From Gemmatimonadota bacterium (GTDB taxonomy: Bacteria; JBHIER01; G020348925): 64,000 bases of DNA. The notes below the pieces were generated by a model that saw nothing but the letters and a program-made list of their open reading frames with translations, was not told where the DNA came from and did not search any database. Shown here one piece after another: positions 18,701 to 29,049 of this stretch. The position numbers and the translations under genes are program-made. The stretch covers positions 1,770,030 through 1,834,029 of the forward strand of contig CP070758.1 of NCBI GenBank assembly GCA_020348925.1, read 5' to 3'. The stretch's first letter is position 1. Every line of letters starts with the position of its first letter.

Positions 18701-20761
18701 TTACTTCATGAATACCATACCCCGAGTGGCAGTGAAGCTGTTGGCGTTTATCCTAAAAAAGTACACTCCGCTGGGTAAGTCGGTAGCATCCCAACTGACC
18801 GCGTAGGTGCCTGGTGATTGGTGCGCATCGATCAGCGTGGTTACCTTCTCGCCAAGCAAATTATAAATTTCAAGGGTGACCATACAGTCGGTTGCTATAA
18901 CGTAGTTTATTTTTGTCTGAGCATTGAAGGGATTCGGATAGTTTTGTGATAAAGAGTATTCTCTCAGAGATGTGACTTCTGATTCATTTATTTCAATATT
19001 GGTGGGATTACCTTTTAACCAGTCAATAATACTGGCCAATAAATCTACCTTCATAATTTGAAAATCCGGACGAAGGTTTGTCAAATTTTCAAAGGGAAAA
19101 GCGAAGTAGACCAGTCTATATCCTGCAGCATATTTTAAGCCCGCTGTTTTTCCCGTCTGGGAGTATTCGAACACTGGAGTTGCTCCAAGAAGCGGTGTGA
19201 TTACATCCGGTGATCGCAAGTAGTCATTTTCATTGTTCTCCTGTATAAGTAAAAAACCTGAGATGTCACCGCTAATAGGATCCTCCGGCACGCTGGTAAT
19301 GAACCCGTCCTCCGAGTTATCCTGCATCCATTGAGCGCGGAGGTAATTGGTATAAAAATCCACGCCATTGCCTTTTTCGAATAAATCATACCCTATATCC
19401 TGTCCACAGAGAAAGAGCCGTCCACCATTATCCAAATAGGATATAAGGGAGGCTTGATCATCCTGAATCAGTGTGTTTTCTCTTGATTGCCCCGTAAACC
19501 ATATTACAATCTCGTGTTCATTCAACTTGTTTATGGGGGAACCCTGTCGTTCTACTTCCCAGGTTTGAAATGGGACCGCGTTTTCTGAAAGGCAGTAATG
19601 GTAGATATCTTGATACGTGTCACTACCATCATCGTCTACCAGCAACACCAATGGTTTGCCAATAGTGACGTAAAAGCTGTCGATTTTTGTGTATTCATCT
19701 TGTGTTGTGAAAGTGAGATAAAACTTGGCAAGATGAGTTTCAACGTCTGATTCAATGGAAATAATAAAAGGCGTTTGTGTATTTTCTGTGCTCTCATCGG
19801 GGGATAAATCACCATATTCTACAGTGTCAACTGAAACAACCACAGCGGGATCATCAGTGCTCAATGTTGCCATTAGCCCGAAGATATCGACCCCCGAGCT
19901 TATGATTGCCACCCTCAGTTCCACCGTTTCTCCTGGATCGCTTTGCCCGTTACCATCCCCATTACTCTGTCCGATTGAATCATCATCAACACAATAGTAG
20001 TCGATGTGTACCCTAGAAATGAGTTCGTAGTACTTTACGATAGCTTCAAACCAAACTGACGGACTTTGGATGTGCCAGCCGAAATTCCCAGATGGTCCTG
20101 GTCTACAGCCAGGGTAATAATAGTAGAAGCTATGAAAAGGGGTTGTACCCTCATCTTCAACAGCCCAGCCATGACCTGCCGTTATGTAAGTCGTGATTGA
20201 AATGAAAAATGGCTTGTCCCCAAGATCAATTTCCTTTTGCAGACCAGCTCTTGCAGGAATCTCGAACCATTTCCCAAGGTGATCTTCAGTTATCACAAAC
20301 GGGAATGGGCCCCAGATGTGACGTTCCCGATCGAATTGGTCCCATCCGATTGGCGAATGACCTATCACATTACCGGGGAGCCACTGACCGTCCTCGTCAT
20401 AGCCGATCCAACCGCAACTATCCGTGCTGTCGGTGGTAGTGATGTGGCCATCATAGTGGGAGCCGTCCCAAACATCAGCCAGGCAGGTTCCCTCGTAACT
20501 GTTAGACATGAGCCTCAGTGCGATGAGGGAACAGGGTCCGCTTGGCTGGAACCAAACCGCGATGGATTCTCCTGGACAATATGAGGGAAGTAATACAAGT
20601 GTGGTCGGCTCGTCCAATGTTCTCCAACTGAGCGTGTCATAGTCGCTTCGATTAAGAGTACCACCAGGTCGAAGTACCTCAATTTGACCAGCCACAACTG
20701 AAGTGAAGACGAAAAGTGCAAGAATGCAAAACATGAGGATGATATTCAATCTTTGACTCAT
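18701..20761 (-). CDS. Secreted protein with a T9SS type-A C-terminal sorting domain. The functional domain is unassigned; there is a gingipain/C25-like 'LLVDDDG...VIWFTG...GGRLFLCGQDIGYDLF' region.
   Basis: Signal peptide MSQRLNIILMFCILALFVFTSVVAGQ. C-terminal NYPNPFNAQTKINYV...YNLLGEKVTTLID...PSGVYFFRI is the Por-secretion-tail signature. The gene is AT-richer than its neighbours. Confidence 0.7.
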   Translation of the reverse strand: MSQRLNIILMFCILALFVFTSVVAGQIEVLRPGGTLNRSDYDTLSWRTLDEPTTLVLLPSYCPGESIAVWFQPSGPCSLIALRLMSNSYEGTCLADVWDGSHYDGHITTTDSTDSCGWIGYDEDGQWLPGNVIGHSPIGWDQFDRERHIWGPFPFVITEDHLGKWFEIPARAGLQKEIDLGDKPFFISITTYITAGHGWAVEDEGTTPFHSFYYYYPGCRPGPSGNFGWHIQSPSVWFEAIVKYYELISRVHIDYYCVDDDSIGQSNGDGNGQSDPGETVELRVAIISSGVDIFGLMATLSTDDPAVVVSVDTVEYGDLSPDESTENTQTPFIISIESDVETHLAKFYLTFTTQDEYTKIDSFYVTIGKPLVLLVDDDGSDTYQDIYHYCLSENAVPFQTWEVERQGSPINKLNEHEIVIWFTGQSRENTLIQDDQASLISYLDNGGRLFLCGQDIGYDLFEKGNGVDFYTNYLRAQWMQDNSEDGFITSVPEDPISGDISGFLLIQENNENDYLRSPDVITPLLGATPVFEYSQTGKTAGLKYAAGYRLVYFAFPFENLTNLRPDFQIMKVDLLASIIDWLKGNPTNIEINESEVTSLREYSLSQNYPNPFNAQTKINYVIATDCMVTLEIYNLLGEKVTTLIDAHQSPGTYAVSWDATDLPSGVYFFRINANSFTATRGMVFMK

Positions 20762-21220
20762 TGTCCCACCTCCTTATTGGATAGGTGTAGATAGACCAAT
20801 ACATTCAAAATATACGCAACAATCATTCCATTCTATATTATAAAACTGTTGAGTCTTCTTAATTAACTATATTTCATCTATTTATATCATTAAACTTGAA
20901 ATCTGAAATATCAGAAATGAAAGCATTTTGTGCTCGGTGGCTGCAAAACATGCAGTTTCATTCCTCTAAGGATGGTGGAAAATAGATTGGTGGAGAATTT
21001 TTATTATATCCAAATTCGATCTTGATTTCTATAAATATCTTTTGTTACATACAACTTAAGCATCAAAGAAAAAATGCATGTTCTCTTTGATAATTCACTT
21101 TGGGGGAGAGGTTTGATTTAGTATTTCCAATACGTTCAAGAAGTGAGCCATCGAATACTTTTGGGTAAATAGGGAATAAAGTTCTTGTATCAGGAGTGTG
21201 GATAAACGTAAATCCGAAAT

Positions 21221-22369
21221 TCAGTTTGATTCTTTCATCGAGCCTTGTATTGCCTTTACCCCGAATCTTTGAGCATATGAATGCATCGTAATCCTGAGAG
21301 TGTCTAAGCCGTCTCCTTTGAGAGCTGAGATGGCCACACTTCCCGGATACTCCTCCTTCAACCGGCCCAGAAGAGCCGTTTCGTTGAGGCAGTCAATTTT
21401 ATTGAAGACCAGAAGAGACGGTTTCTCCAGAATATTGAGCTCGTCCAGGACCTCGCGGACGGCGACCATGTGATCCTCAAAATTGGGGTGGCTCACATCG
21501 ACGACGTGCAGCAGCACATCGGCCTCGATCGCCTCCTCGAGCGTGCCCTTGAAAGAAGCCACAAGATGGTGGGGTAACTTCCGCAGAAACCCGACCGTAT
21601 CCGTCAGAAGCACTTTTCCCCCATCCTCCAGACGAGCCAGTCGTGTCGTGGCATCGAGGGTGGCAAAAAGCTGATCCTCGGTAAAGACCTCGGCCCTGGT
21701 CAGGGCGTTGAGCAGGGTCGATTTCCCCGAGTTCGTGTAGCCTACAATGGCGACACGAAAAAAATCCCTCCGCCCGACCCGCCGGACTTTGCGTCCCACG
21801 TCGATCTTTTTCAACATACGGGATAATTTAGCAATTCGTTCCCGTATCCGCCGGCGGTCGACCTCCAGCTGGGTCTCACCGGGTCCGCGCATGCCGATCC
21901 CCCCCTGCTGCCGGGAGAGGTGGGTCCATTGTCGTGTCAACCGGGGCAGTAAATATCGAAGCTGGGCCAGTTCCACCTGGGTCTTGGCCTCCCTCGTTCT
22001 GGCCCGACGGGCAAAAATATCCAGAATGATTCCGCTGCGGTCAATGATTTTCGCATCGATGACCCTTTCCAGATTCTTCACCTGGGCCGGTGATAAATCT
22101 TCATCAAAGATGACGAGGTCGGCTTCATACGATTTGACCAACTTGGCCACAGACTCGGCTTTCCCCTGGCCGATAAAAAAAGCCGGATCGATCCGCGATC
22201 GTTCCTGCACGACCCGATCGACGACATCGGCACCCGCTGTATTGGCCAGAAGAGCCAGTTCATCCAACATCTCCTCAACATGCCATTTGGATTGGGCTGG
22301 GAGTGCCACACCGATGAGAACAGCACGCTCCCGCACCTGTCGGTCAGGAATAAAGAAACGCTCTACCAT
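21221..22369 (-). CDS. hflX: GTPase HflX.
   Basis: HflX N-terminal domain (RAVLIGV...EEMLDELALLANTAGADVV). G-domain with G1 GYTNSGKSTLLNALT, and DTVGF. Confidence 0.85.
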   Translation of the reverse strand: MVERFFIPDRQVRERAVLIGVALPAQSKWHVEEMLDELALLANTAGADVVDRVVQERSRIDPAFFIGQGKAESVAKLVKSYEADLVIFDEDLSPAQVKNLERVIDAKIIDRSGIILDIFARRARTREAKTQVELAQLRYLLPRLTRQWTHLSRQQGGIGMRGPGETQLEVDRRRIRERIAKLSRMLKKIDVGRKVRRVGRRDFFRVAIVGYTNSGKSTLLNALTRAEVFTEDQLFATLDATTRLARLEDGGKVLLTDTVGFLRKLPHHLVASFKGTLEEAIEADVLLHVVDVSHPNFEDHMVAVREVLDELNILEKPSLLVFNKIDCLNETALLGRLKEEYPGSVAISALKGDGLDTLRITMHSYAQRFGVKAIQGSMKESN

Positions 22370-22514
22370 CTTCCTCTCGCTCCAGACACCTCACTCGTTC
22401 ATGGAAAAGGGATAGTGAAGGACATGATGACGAAAGCGTACAGATTGGACGTGTAAGAGGGTCAATCGATTCGTAGTTCTTGAACTTCGATTTTGAAAAA
22501 ATAATACGCTTGGC

Positions 22515-22937
22515 TCACTTGAATTTGGTCAATGTGATCGTTGTGCCCGAGGAGGTGCTCGATATATCAACCTTATCCATGAGCGTTCTCAAGATGTAGA
22601 GGCCGCGACCGGAGCCTTTCGAGATATTTTTGGGATCTGTCGGATCTTCAACCTTCTCCGGATTAAAACCACCGCCTTCGTCGGTTATCCTCATGACGAT
22701 CCTGTCCTTTCGAGGTTCGAAACGTATGTGCACTTTCTTCCGAGCATCCCCCTTGTTTCCGTGAATAATGGCATTATTGACGGCTTCAGTCACGGCGATG
22801 GCCAAAAAATCCCCTGTCTCCTCATCAAATCCCATATCCCGGACAACCTTCTCAATCTCGGTAACGACCCTGGGCATCCATTTCAAACTGCTGGGTATTG
22901 TCAACTCTTTGTTACGATCGTCTTCCTTTGAGGGCAC
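22515..22937 (-). CDS. Anti-sigma regulatory factor (RsbW/SpoIIAB-like serine kinase, HATPase_c only).
   Basis: 140 aa. AVTEAVNNAIIHGNKGD (N-box). DEGGGFNP, GSGRGLYILRTLMDKVDI (G-boxes). Confidence 0.7.
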   Translation of the reverse strand: MPSKEDDRNKELTIPSSLKWMPRVVTEIEKVVRDMGFDEETGDFLAIAVTEAVNNAIIHGNKGDARKKVHIRFEPRKDRIVMRITDEGGGFNPEKVEDPTDPKNISKGSGRGLYILRTLMDKVDISSTSSGTTITLTKFK

Positions 22938-23388
22938 CGATACTCCTTAGAGAATATTCACGATAGATACTTCATCCAGACCCGTCGCACCGCAGTCGCC
23001 TTTCTCCCCGCACCTTCTCTTGTTTTGGGACCGGATATCCGTATCATTCCCTGTTTAATATAATAACATCACAAATAAATACAAAATATTTAAAGCAGAC
23101 AGAGCAATAAAACGTCTATGTCGAAAGAAGAGACAGCGATTGAAGCCCAAAGGTTTCATCCGCTCCTCAAATATTTCAACATTCAACAGGTTTCAGAGTC
23201 TCAGGTCGATCTTAGTAAAATAGAACCGGAGGGAGTCTTCAGCGCCCAAGTTCTTTTCCCTTGACCATAGGATTGAAGCCATATATATTGGCATCTTGCC
23301 GATGTTCCCAAGCCCCACTGGGAACGGGCACAGTATCTGAACACAGCATTCAAATCTCTCGGGTTCGAGAGCAATTATCGGTTTCACA

Positions 23389-24234
23389 GTGAATCTTCAG
23401 CAACATGGCAGCGTGGCACTCCTCCTCTTTGACTCATTTGATCGATCCGGAAATCTGCTCCAGGCCATGTCGACACGAGGCGGAGGTGTCAGTCAGGGAG
23501 TGTACGGCTCTCTCAATCTCGGCTTCCACGTTGGGGACGACAACGGCGCCGTACTGACCAATCGCAAGCGTTTCTTCCAGACGCTGTCCATACCGTTCGA
23601 ATCGGTTGTGACGGCCCAGCAGGTACATGGGGCAGAGGTGAGGGTGGTTACAGAGCATGATTGTGGAACGGGAGTGAGGAGTTGGGAAGAGGGGCTCCCC
23701 CAAACAGATGCCATGGTTACCGACGTCTGCGATGTCGGACTTTTAGTCCTCGTGGCCGATTGTGCTCCAGTTCTCCTGCACGATCAAAAACGCAAGGCCG
23801 TCGGCATCGCTCACGGAAGCTGGCGTGGAACGGCTGAGGGTATTGCCAGAAACACTGTATTAAAAATGATCGCCGAATTCGGATGTAAACCGGAGAACAT
23901 AAGAGCAGGCATCGGCCCTTCAATAGGTCCTTGCTGCTACCGGGTGGGAGAGGAAGTCATCTCTTGTCTGAAGAACGCAGCCCCGGACATCTGGAATAAC
24001 CTCCTCATTCCCAAAGGCAAAGACACCGTTTTCCTCAACCTGTGGGAGGCGCTCCTGCAGCAATTGATTGAGGCCGGGATACAGAGGGAAAAGATAGAGA
24101 TCGCCGGTATCTGCACAGCATGTCACACCGACCTCTTCTATTCCCACCGAAGGGAGAACGGGAAGACAGGAAGGAACGGGGCCATAATCGCTCTCAGGAA
24201 TCAAGAGGAACACCTTGAAGCCTGTCACGAATGA
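23389..24234 (+). CDS. pgeF: Peptidoglycan editing factor PgeF / YfiH-family purine nucleoside phosphorylase-like (laccase-domain) protein.
   Basis: STRGGGVS, QVHGAEV, DAMVTDVCDVGLLVLVADCAPVLL, GIAHGSWRGTAEGI, IGPCCYRVGEEV are conserved YfiH/DUF152 motifs. Confidence 0.8.
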   Translation: MNLQQHGSVALLLFDSFDRSGNLLQAMSTRGGGVSQGVYGSLNLGFHVGDDNGAVLTNRKRFFQTLSIPFESVVTAQQVHGAEVRVVTEHDCGTGVRSWEEGLPQTDAMVTDVCDVGLLVLVADCAPVLLHDQKRKAVGIAHGSWRGTAEGIARNTVLKMIAEFGCKPENIRAGIGPSIGPCCYRVGEEVISCLKNAAPDIWNNLLIPKGKDTVFLNLWEALLQQLIEAGIQREKIEIAGICTACHTDLFYSHRRENGKTGRNGAIIALRNQEEHLEACHE

Positions 24235-24250
24235 AAAGGATATGGTTCAC

Positions 24251-26842
24251 ATGAAATTATATGCATTCAGCTTCATCATCATGTTCACTGTGATGATGAG
24301 CCCCAAGTGGGCTTCTCCGCTGAAACCGACGGACCGGCAAGAAGATCCTGACACCACGACCTCGACAGTGATGTCCCAGGACACGACGGTGAGGGAAATG
24401 GATTCGGTCGATACTTCGGACACCGGCCAGGAGGAACCGGACACTGCCTCGATTTTCAAGGTACCGCCCGATACTGCGAAGATCCCCCCCGCCGTTCCCG
24501 ACTCAGCCGAAATCGGCCGAGAGGCTCCGGCCATATCAAGAATCGGCCGAAGTGTGCGTGATGCGACACCCGCAGCCGAGAGTCCCGACGACACCAGCGG
24601 TGCCGATGCGATCTCGGCCGATACATCTACTGTGGAAGCGGCTGCTCCAGACACCTCCCTCGATATCACGGCCGAACCTGATACGGCCGGTTTGGTCCGG
24701 CCTGATACCGTCTCTCTGGAGACCGAAGTTGGCCCTGATACGACGGCCTTTGTGGAAGCCCTCATCGACACAATCTTCGGCAGACTCGATACAGCTTACG
24801 TGGGCGAGATCCTCTTTTCGCACAAACGCACCCTGCCGTTCTCTGCGCTCTACACATACAGATATGCCGGCCTGCAGAGTGATACCACCTTCGGTATTGA
24901 GCTCATAACGAACATAATGCAACGGTCGTACAGAAGTCAATTTCAGTATTTTTCAAAAGGCACGAACATTGTGGCTATCGGCCCGTACGACGTTGAGATT
25001 TTTTCCGCCGAAAGCCTACAACTCGTTTTCGAGCCGAAAGGATTTGTGAAACTGCCTGAGCCTGAAATACCGGAACCTGTGGAAGAAATAGTCGAAGCGG
25101 AAACACCGTCCGCAGTGGAACCGACTCAGTTGAAAGCGTCCCCTACGGACCCCAAGGAATATTTCTCGCGCGCCTACATTCGAGCTTCCGAGGGGAACTA
25201 TGGTGAGGCAAAACGTGATTTAGGGAAAATCCTGGAAATGGACTCGACTTTTTTTGAGGCTCGTCTCATGCTCGGATGGATTCTCTCGGAGGAAAATGAC
25301 AGTGGTGCAGTCGAGGTCTTCAGGAAATGTGCTGCCTTGAAACCGGACGATAGAACCGCTTCATCTTTCCTGGCGTACAACCTGAAAAGGTTCGGATCTT
25401 CAGAGGAAGCTTTCGACAGTTACACCGAGATCGTTGCGGAGGACTCATCGAACTCAGGGGCTCTCTTTCACCTGGCCGCCCTCTATGAAGCGAAGGGAGA
25501 TTCCCAAAAGGCCGATCCGCTGTTCGAAAAAGCCCGGAGCATGACACCGGGCATAGACACCACCGCTGCCACGCCCTCCCTTGCGGATATACACCATGAA
25601 TACTGGTGGGTGGAAGAGGGACTTCAGCTCCTTCACTTTGAGGAGCCGGTCTCTCCTGGGTCCGCCGTGGAGGAGAGCCTCGAATGCGACGTGAACGTCT
25701 CCATCCTCGTCGATGAGACCGGAAAACCTGCCGAGGTGACGATAGACGAACCCTGCGTTCATGCCGGTTCGAACGAGGCCATAGAGAGCGCGGCGTGGAA
25801 GTGCACCTTTAGACCAGGTCAGCACAAGGGCAAGCCGGTCCGGGTGTGGGTATCCCTGCCCTTCCGCGTCGAACCGGCGGAGGCGGTGGTGGTCGCAGAT
25901 TCAACGAAAACCACCGAAACAGACACATCGGCGCTTGTGGCAGAGGTTCCGACGGATGTTGATGTCACACAGGCCCCGCTCGATACAGGGGAGGTCAGGC
26001 CGAAACTGGTCGGGTTCATAAAGCCGCATTATCCGCCGCAGGCCCTGGAGGACAGCATCGAGACAACCGTCGTTCTCAGCGTGCTCGTGGGAACGGACGG
26101 GTCCGTCACAGAAGTGAAATTCGTCCGGCCTGACACCTTGAACGAAGCCTTCAACGAAGAGGCGGAGAAAGCCGCCCGCCGATGCCGCTTTCAGCCCGGA
26201 TTGAGAGACGGCTCTCCGGATACGATGTGGACCGAACTTCCTATGACCTTCAGCTTGACATCTCCTCCAACTACTCCTGAAGGCTCTATTCCCCGTCCGC
26301 AGAGAAGACCTCCGGCAAGAGAAGAGAAACCCCCTCAAGCCGGCTCTCAGGATAAGGCCGCAGCCCTGGTTGAGGCAACCATGCTCGCGGCGCAGCAGAA
26401 CTACGATGAGGCCCTTCAAAAATTGACGACGATTTTAAAATCGGATGCCAAGGAAAAAAACGCGCAACTTCTCTACGGCTTAATTATTCTGGCCAAAGAA
26501 GTGGGCAAGAGAGTGGAGGACGTGGCTCCTCTCGCCCATGGCACGGAAGCCGATTCCTATTGGTGGGTCGATACCATGCCGGAGATCAAGGAATTCAAGG
26601 AGGCCGCGTACCCCGAGGCGGTGATAGCTTCAGGGGCAGAAGCGCGTGTCGTGCTCTACGCGCTGGTCAGCGAAAACGGTTCGGTGGAGAAGGTGATTCT
26701 TCTCACTCCGGCGGAAGAGCAGAGCTTCAATGCCGCGGCGGAGGAGGCCGCAAAAGGGTCTACCTTTACTCCGGGCACACTTGACGGTGAACCGGTAAGG
26801 GTATGGAGTCGCCTCTCCTACGAATTCACGCCGAGTGAGTAA
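24251..26842 (+). CDS. Secreted protein with a D/T/P-rich low-complexity linker, TPR repeats and three tandem TonB C-terminal (TonB_C)-like domains.
   Basis: Signal peptide MKLYAFSFIIMFTVMMSPKWASP at the ATG at 24251. Three segments match the TonB_C pattern (hydrophobic ...P.YP + ...G.V.V.F.V..dG.V..V.V.....F..AA..A......F.P...G.PV): about 25650-25870, 26010-26260 and 26590-26830. TPR-like AYNLKRFGSSEEA..ALFHLAALYEAKGD. Confidence 0.65.
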   Translation: MKLYAFSFIIMFTVMMSPKWASPLKPTDRQEDPDTTTSTVMSQDTTVREMDSVDTSDTGQEEPDTASIFKVPPDTAKIPPAVPDSAEIGREAPAISRIGRSVRDATPAAESPDDTSGADAISADTSTVEAAAPDTSLDITAEPDTAGLVRPDTVSLETEVGPDTTAFVEALIDTIFGRLDTAYVGEILFSHKRTLPFSALYTYRYAGLQSDTTFGIELITNIMQRSYRSQFQYFSKGTNIVAIGPYDVEIFSAESLQLVFEPKGFVKLPEPEIPEPVEEIVEAETPSAVEPTQLKASPTDPKEYFSRAYIRASEGNYGEAKRDLGKILEMDSTFFEARLMLGWILSEENDSGAVEVFRKCAALKPDDRTASSFLAYNLKRFGSSEEAFDSYTEIVAEDSSNSGALFHLAALYEAKGDSQKADPLFEKARSMTPGIDTTAATPSLADIHHEYWWVEEGLQLLHFEEPVSPGSAVEESLECDVNVSILVDETGKPAEVTIDEPCVHAGSNEAIESAAWKCTFRPGQHKGKPVRVWVSLPFRVEPAEAVVVADSTKTTETDTSALVAEVPTDVDVTQAPLDTGEVRPKLVGFIKPHYPPQALEDSIETTVVLSVLVGTDGSVTEVKFVRPDTLNEAFNEEAEKAARRCRFQPGLRDGSPDTMWTELPMTFSLTSPPTTPEGSIPRPQRRPPAREEKPPQAGSQDKAAALVEATMLAAQQNYDEALQKLTTILKSDAKEKNAQLLYGLIILAKEVGKRVEDVAPLAHGTEADSYWWVDTMPEIKEFKEAAYPEAVIASGAEARVVLYALVSENGSVEKVILLTPAEEQSFNAAAEEAAKGSTFTPGTLDGEPVRVWSRLSYEFTPSE
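24383..24806 (+). repeat. Low-complexity acidic Pro/Asp/Thr/Ser-rich repeat region ('PDT' motif recurring about 10 times) inside CDS 24251..26842.
   Basis: Recurrent PDT/ADT/SDT tripeptides: PDTTTS, EPDTAS, PPDTAK, ADTSTVEAAAPDTSLDITAEPDTAGLVRPDTVSLETEVGPDT. Matching degenerate ccNgaYacN nucleotide repeats. Confidence 0.4.
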
Positions 26843-26911
26843 TTTCCGGTTACCATCAGCGCATCTCATAACACCAGATCCCACTGTCAGGAGCGTCCGC
26901 AGGAGGCAGTC

Positions 26912-28093
26912 ATGATCAAAGAAAAGATTACGCAAGCGATAGACATTTTAAAGGAAAAGAACGTCGATGCCTGGTTGACATTCGTCAGGGAAAGCGATAC
27001 CGTCCACGATCCGAGTCTCGACTTCATTCTGGGGACAAGCTGCACGTGGCAGTCGGCTTTCATTATCACACAGGAGGGCCTGACCGCGGCCATTGTGGGC
27101 AGTCTCGACGTGGCCAATATTGAATCGAGAGGGTGTTACGGCGAGGTCATCGGATACAAAGAATCGATCCAGGAGGCCCTTCACGGCGTCTTGCAAAAGC
27201 TCGATCCGCAAACAATCGCCCTGAACTACTCGACGGATTCGCCTTTGGCCGACGGCTTGACCCACGGAATGTATCTCAATTTAATGAAGTACCTCCGGAA
27301 AACGCCTTATGCGAAACGAATCATCTCCGCCGAACCTATCGTGGCCGCCCTTCGGGGGCGAAAATCGCCGACCGAGATCGAACGAATTCAAGAGGCCGTT
27401 CAATTGACCCTGGTCATGTTCGATCGCGTATCAGACTACATCCAGGTGGGACGCACCGAAAAAGAGGTCGCAGCGTTCCTGAAGGAGAAAGTGAAGGAGG
27501 CCAGGGTTGAACTCGCCTGGGACCCTGACTACTGTCCGTCGGTTTTTACAGGCCCTGAATCGGCCGGCGCCCATGCCGGGCCAACCGATCGGACCATCGC
27601 GCGCGGCCACTTGATGAACATCGACTTCGGAGTAAAAAAGGATGATTACTGCTCTGATCTTCAGCGCACCTGGTACGTTCTGCGGGAAGGGGAGGCCGAG
27701 CCGCCTGATGACGTCCGCAAGGCTTTCGACACCATTCGGGAGGCCATTCAATTGGCCGCGGCGCGGCTGAAGCCCGGCGTGGAAGGTTGGATTGTGGACG
27801 ATGTAGCCCGCAGCCATATCACCTCGGCAGGCTACGATGAGTATCCTCACGCCCTCGGTCATCAGATCGGCCGTTTCGCCCACGACGGCGCGGGACTGCT
27901 CTGTCCGAAATGGGACCGGTACGGGAAAATGCCCCATGAAAAGGTCGAAGCACAACAAGTGTATACGATCGAACCGCGGATTACGCTGAAAGAATTCGGG
28001 GTAGCGACAATTGAGGAGATCGTCGTAGTGACAGATTCGGGCTGCCAATTTTTATCAGATCCCCAGAAGGAGATCTACATCATAAAAGAGTGA
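26912..28093 (+). CDS. M24-family metallopeptidase (Xaa-Pro aminopeptidase/creatinase-like), cytoplasmic.
   Basis: RBS ggagg 7 nt upstream. M24 metal-binding motifs: HLMNIDFGVKKDDYCSDLQRTWYV, HALGHQIGRFAHDG, YTIEPRI, EE. Confidence 0.8.
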   Translation: MIKEKITQAIDILKEKNVDAWLTFVRESDTVHDPSLDFILGTSCTWQSAFIITQEGLTAAIVGSLDVANIESRGCYGEVIGYKESIQEALHGVLQKLDPQTIALNYSTDSPLADGLTHGMYLNLMKYLRKTPYAKRIISAEPIVAALRGRKSPTEIERIQEAVQLTLVMFDRVSDYIQVGRTEKEVAAFLKEKVKEARVELAWDPDYCPSVFTGPESAGAHAGPTDRTIARGHLMNIDFGVKKDDYCSDLQRTWYVLREGEAEPPDDVRKAFDTIREAIQLAAARLKPGVEGWIVDDVARSHITSAGYDEYPHALGHQIGRFAHDGAGLLCPKWDRYGKMPHEKVEAQQVYTIEPRITLKEFGVATIEEIVVVTDSGCQFLSDPQKEIYIIKE

Positions 28094-29049
28094 GAAAAGC
28101 GAAAAAAAAGTGAGCAGGCTATAGCCGCTTGAGAGGGACAAAGTAAGAGGAGAAAGGAAGGATAGTATGGGTAGGCTTAATTATCGTTTTGTCAATCAAC
28201 CCCGGCTAGTCACCTGCTCATTTTTTCACTTTTCATGTACGCTATAAATTATCTTCTTAAGTTTCAGCAACCTCCTTGTTACCTTGGAAATCCGGATGAT
28301 GTGACTCTATGGGTAGTATTTATTTTTCTTGTTGACACAATATATAGAGTAATTTGTATTTGTCAAGGTAAAAATGATATTTTTTTTCGAGGTGTAAAAA
28401 CGAACAGCATATTTGTCCGTCGCTTTCAGATCCCCAACAAGGTCTCCGTTGTGGCCTCTCTTCAACCTCGTAATCTTTTGCCGGGCATCCTCCAGGAACG
28501 AAAATCATCCGTTTGATGTCGCCGCTTCAAACCCAACCGGTAACACCGGTTGAAAATGTGCGTCACACCTTTTCATTCTTTCGGAGAATCCAGTTATTCT
28601 TAAGTTATTGTATTCAAAGCATATGTGCCGCTCAGCGGCTCGTCAGGGTGCAACAGCGCTTGCACCGAAAGGGGCCCGGGACTGAGAGTCTGGGAACCGA
28701 TTTTCATCTTTCCGGTCAGCTTCCGGCCGGTTTTTTCCGCAGCGACCTCTCGGCCGATCGAAAGCCTTCTCATTCTGATAGGGATCGTCTTGGCCGTTCC
28801 AGTGCCGATCCTGTGGCAGATCGTGTCCAGGACGAACGGCCCCTGGTTCCGGTCGAGATTTTAAACCATATGAAACGAACTGGTGAACTTTGGGGGGCTC
28901 AATTCTTCATTGTTGCGGACAGGGCCTTTCGGCAACTCCCCGGCCCCACGCCACACCGAGAAGCGAGAGATTTCCAACCTAAGTTTCGCACTTACGGCTC
29001 CACCGCCTGAATCCCAACCTCCACGGGGATCAGAGAAGAGACACAACCG

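Noticed and set aside
22440-22510. Near-palindrome cgtagttcttgaacttcg downstream of the RsbW-like gene, considered as a terminator.
   Set aside because: On the minus strand (the orientation of the gene it would serve) the hairpin is not followed by a T-run. Weak.
28513-29010. 165-aa ORF (plus overlapping 79-aa ORF) in the 28.1-29.05 kb gap.
   Set aside because: Arg/Pro/Ser-rich composition typical of out-of-frame GC-rich DNA. No motif and no RBS. The region is treated as non-coding or a possible ncRNA instead.
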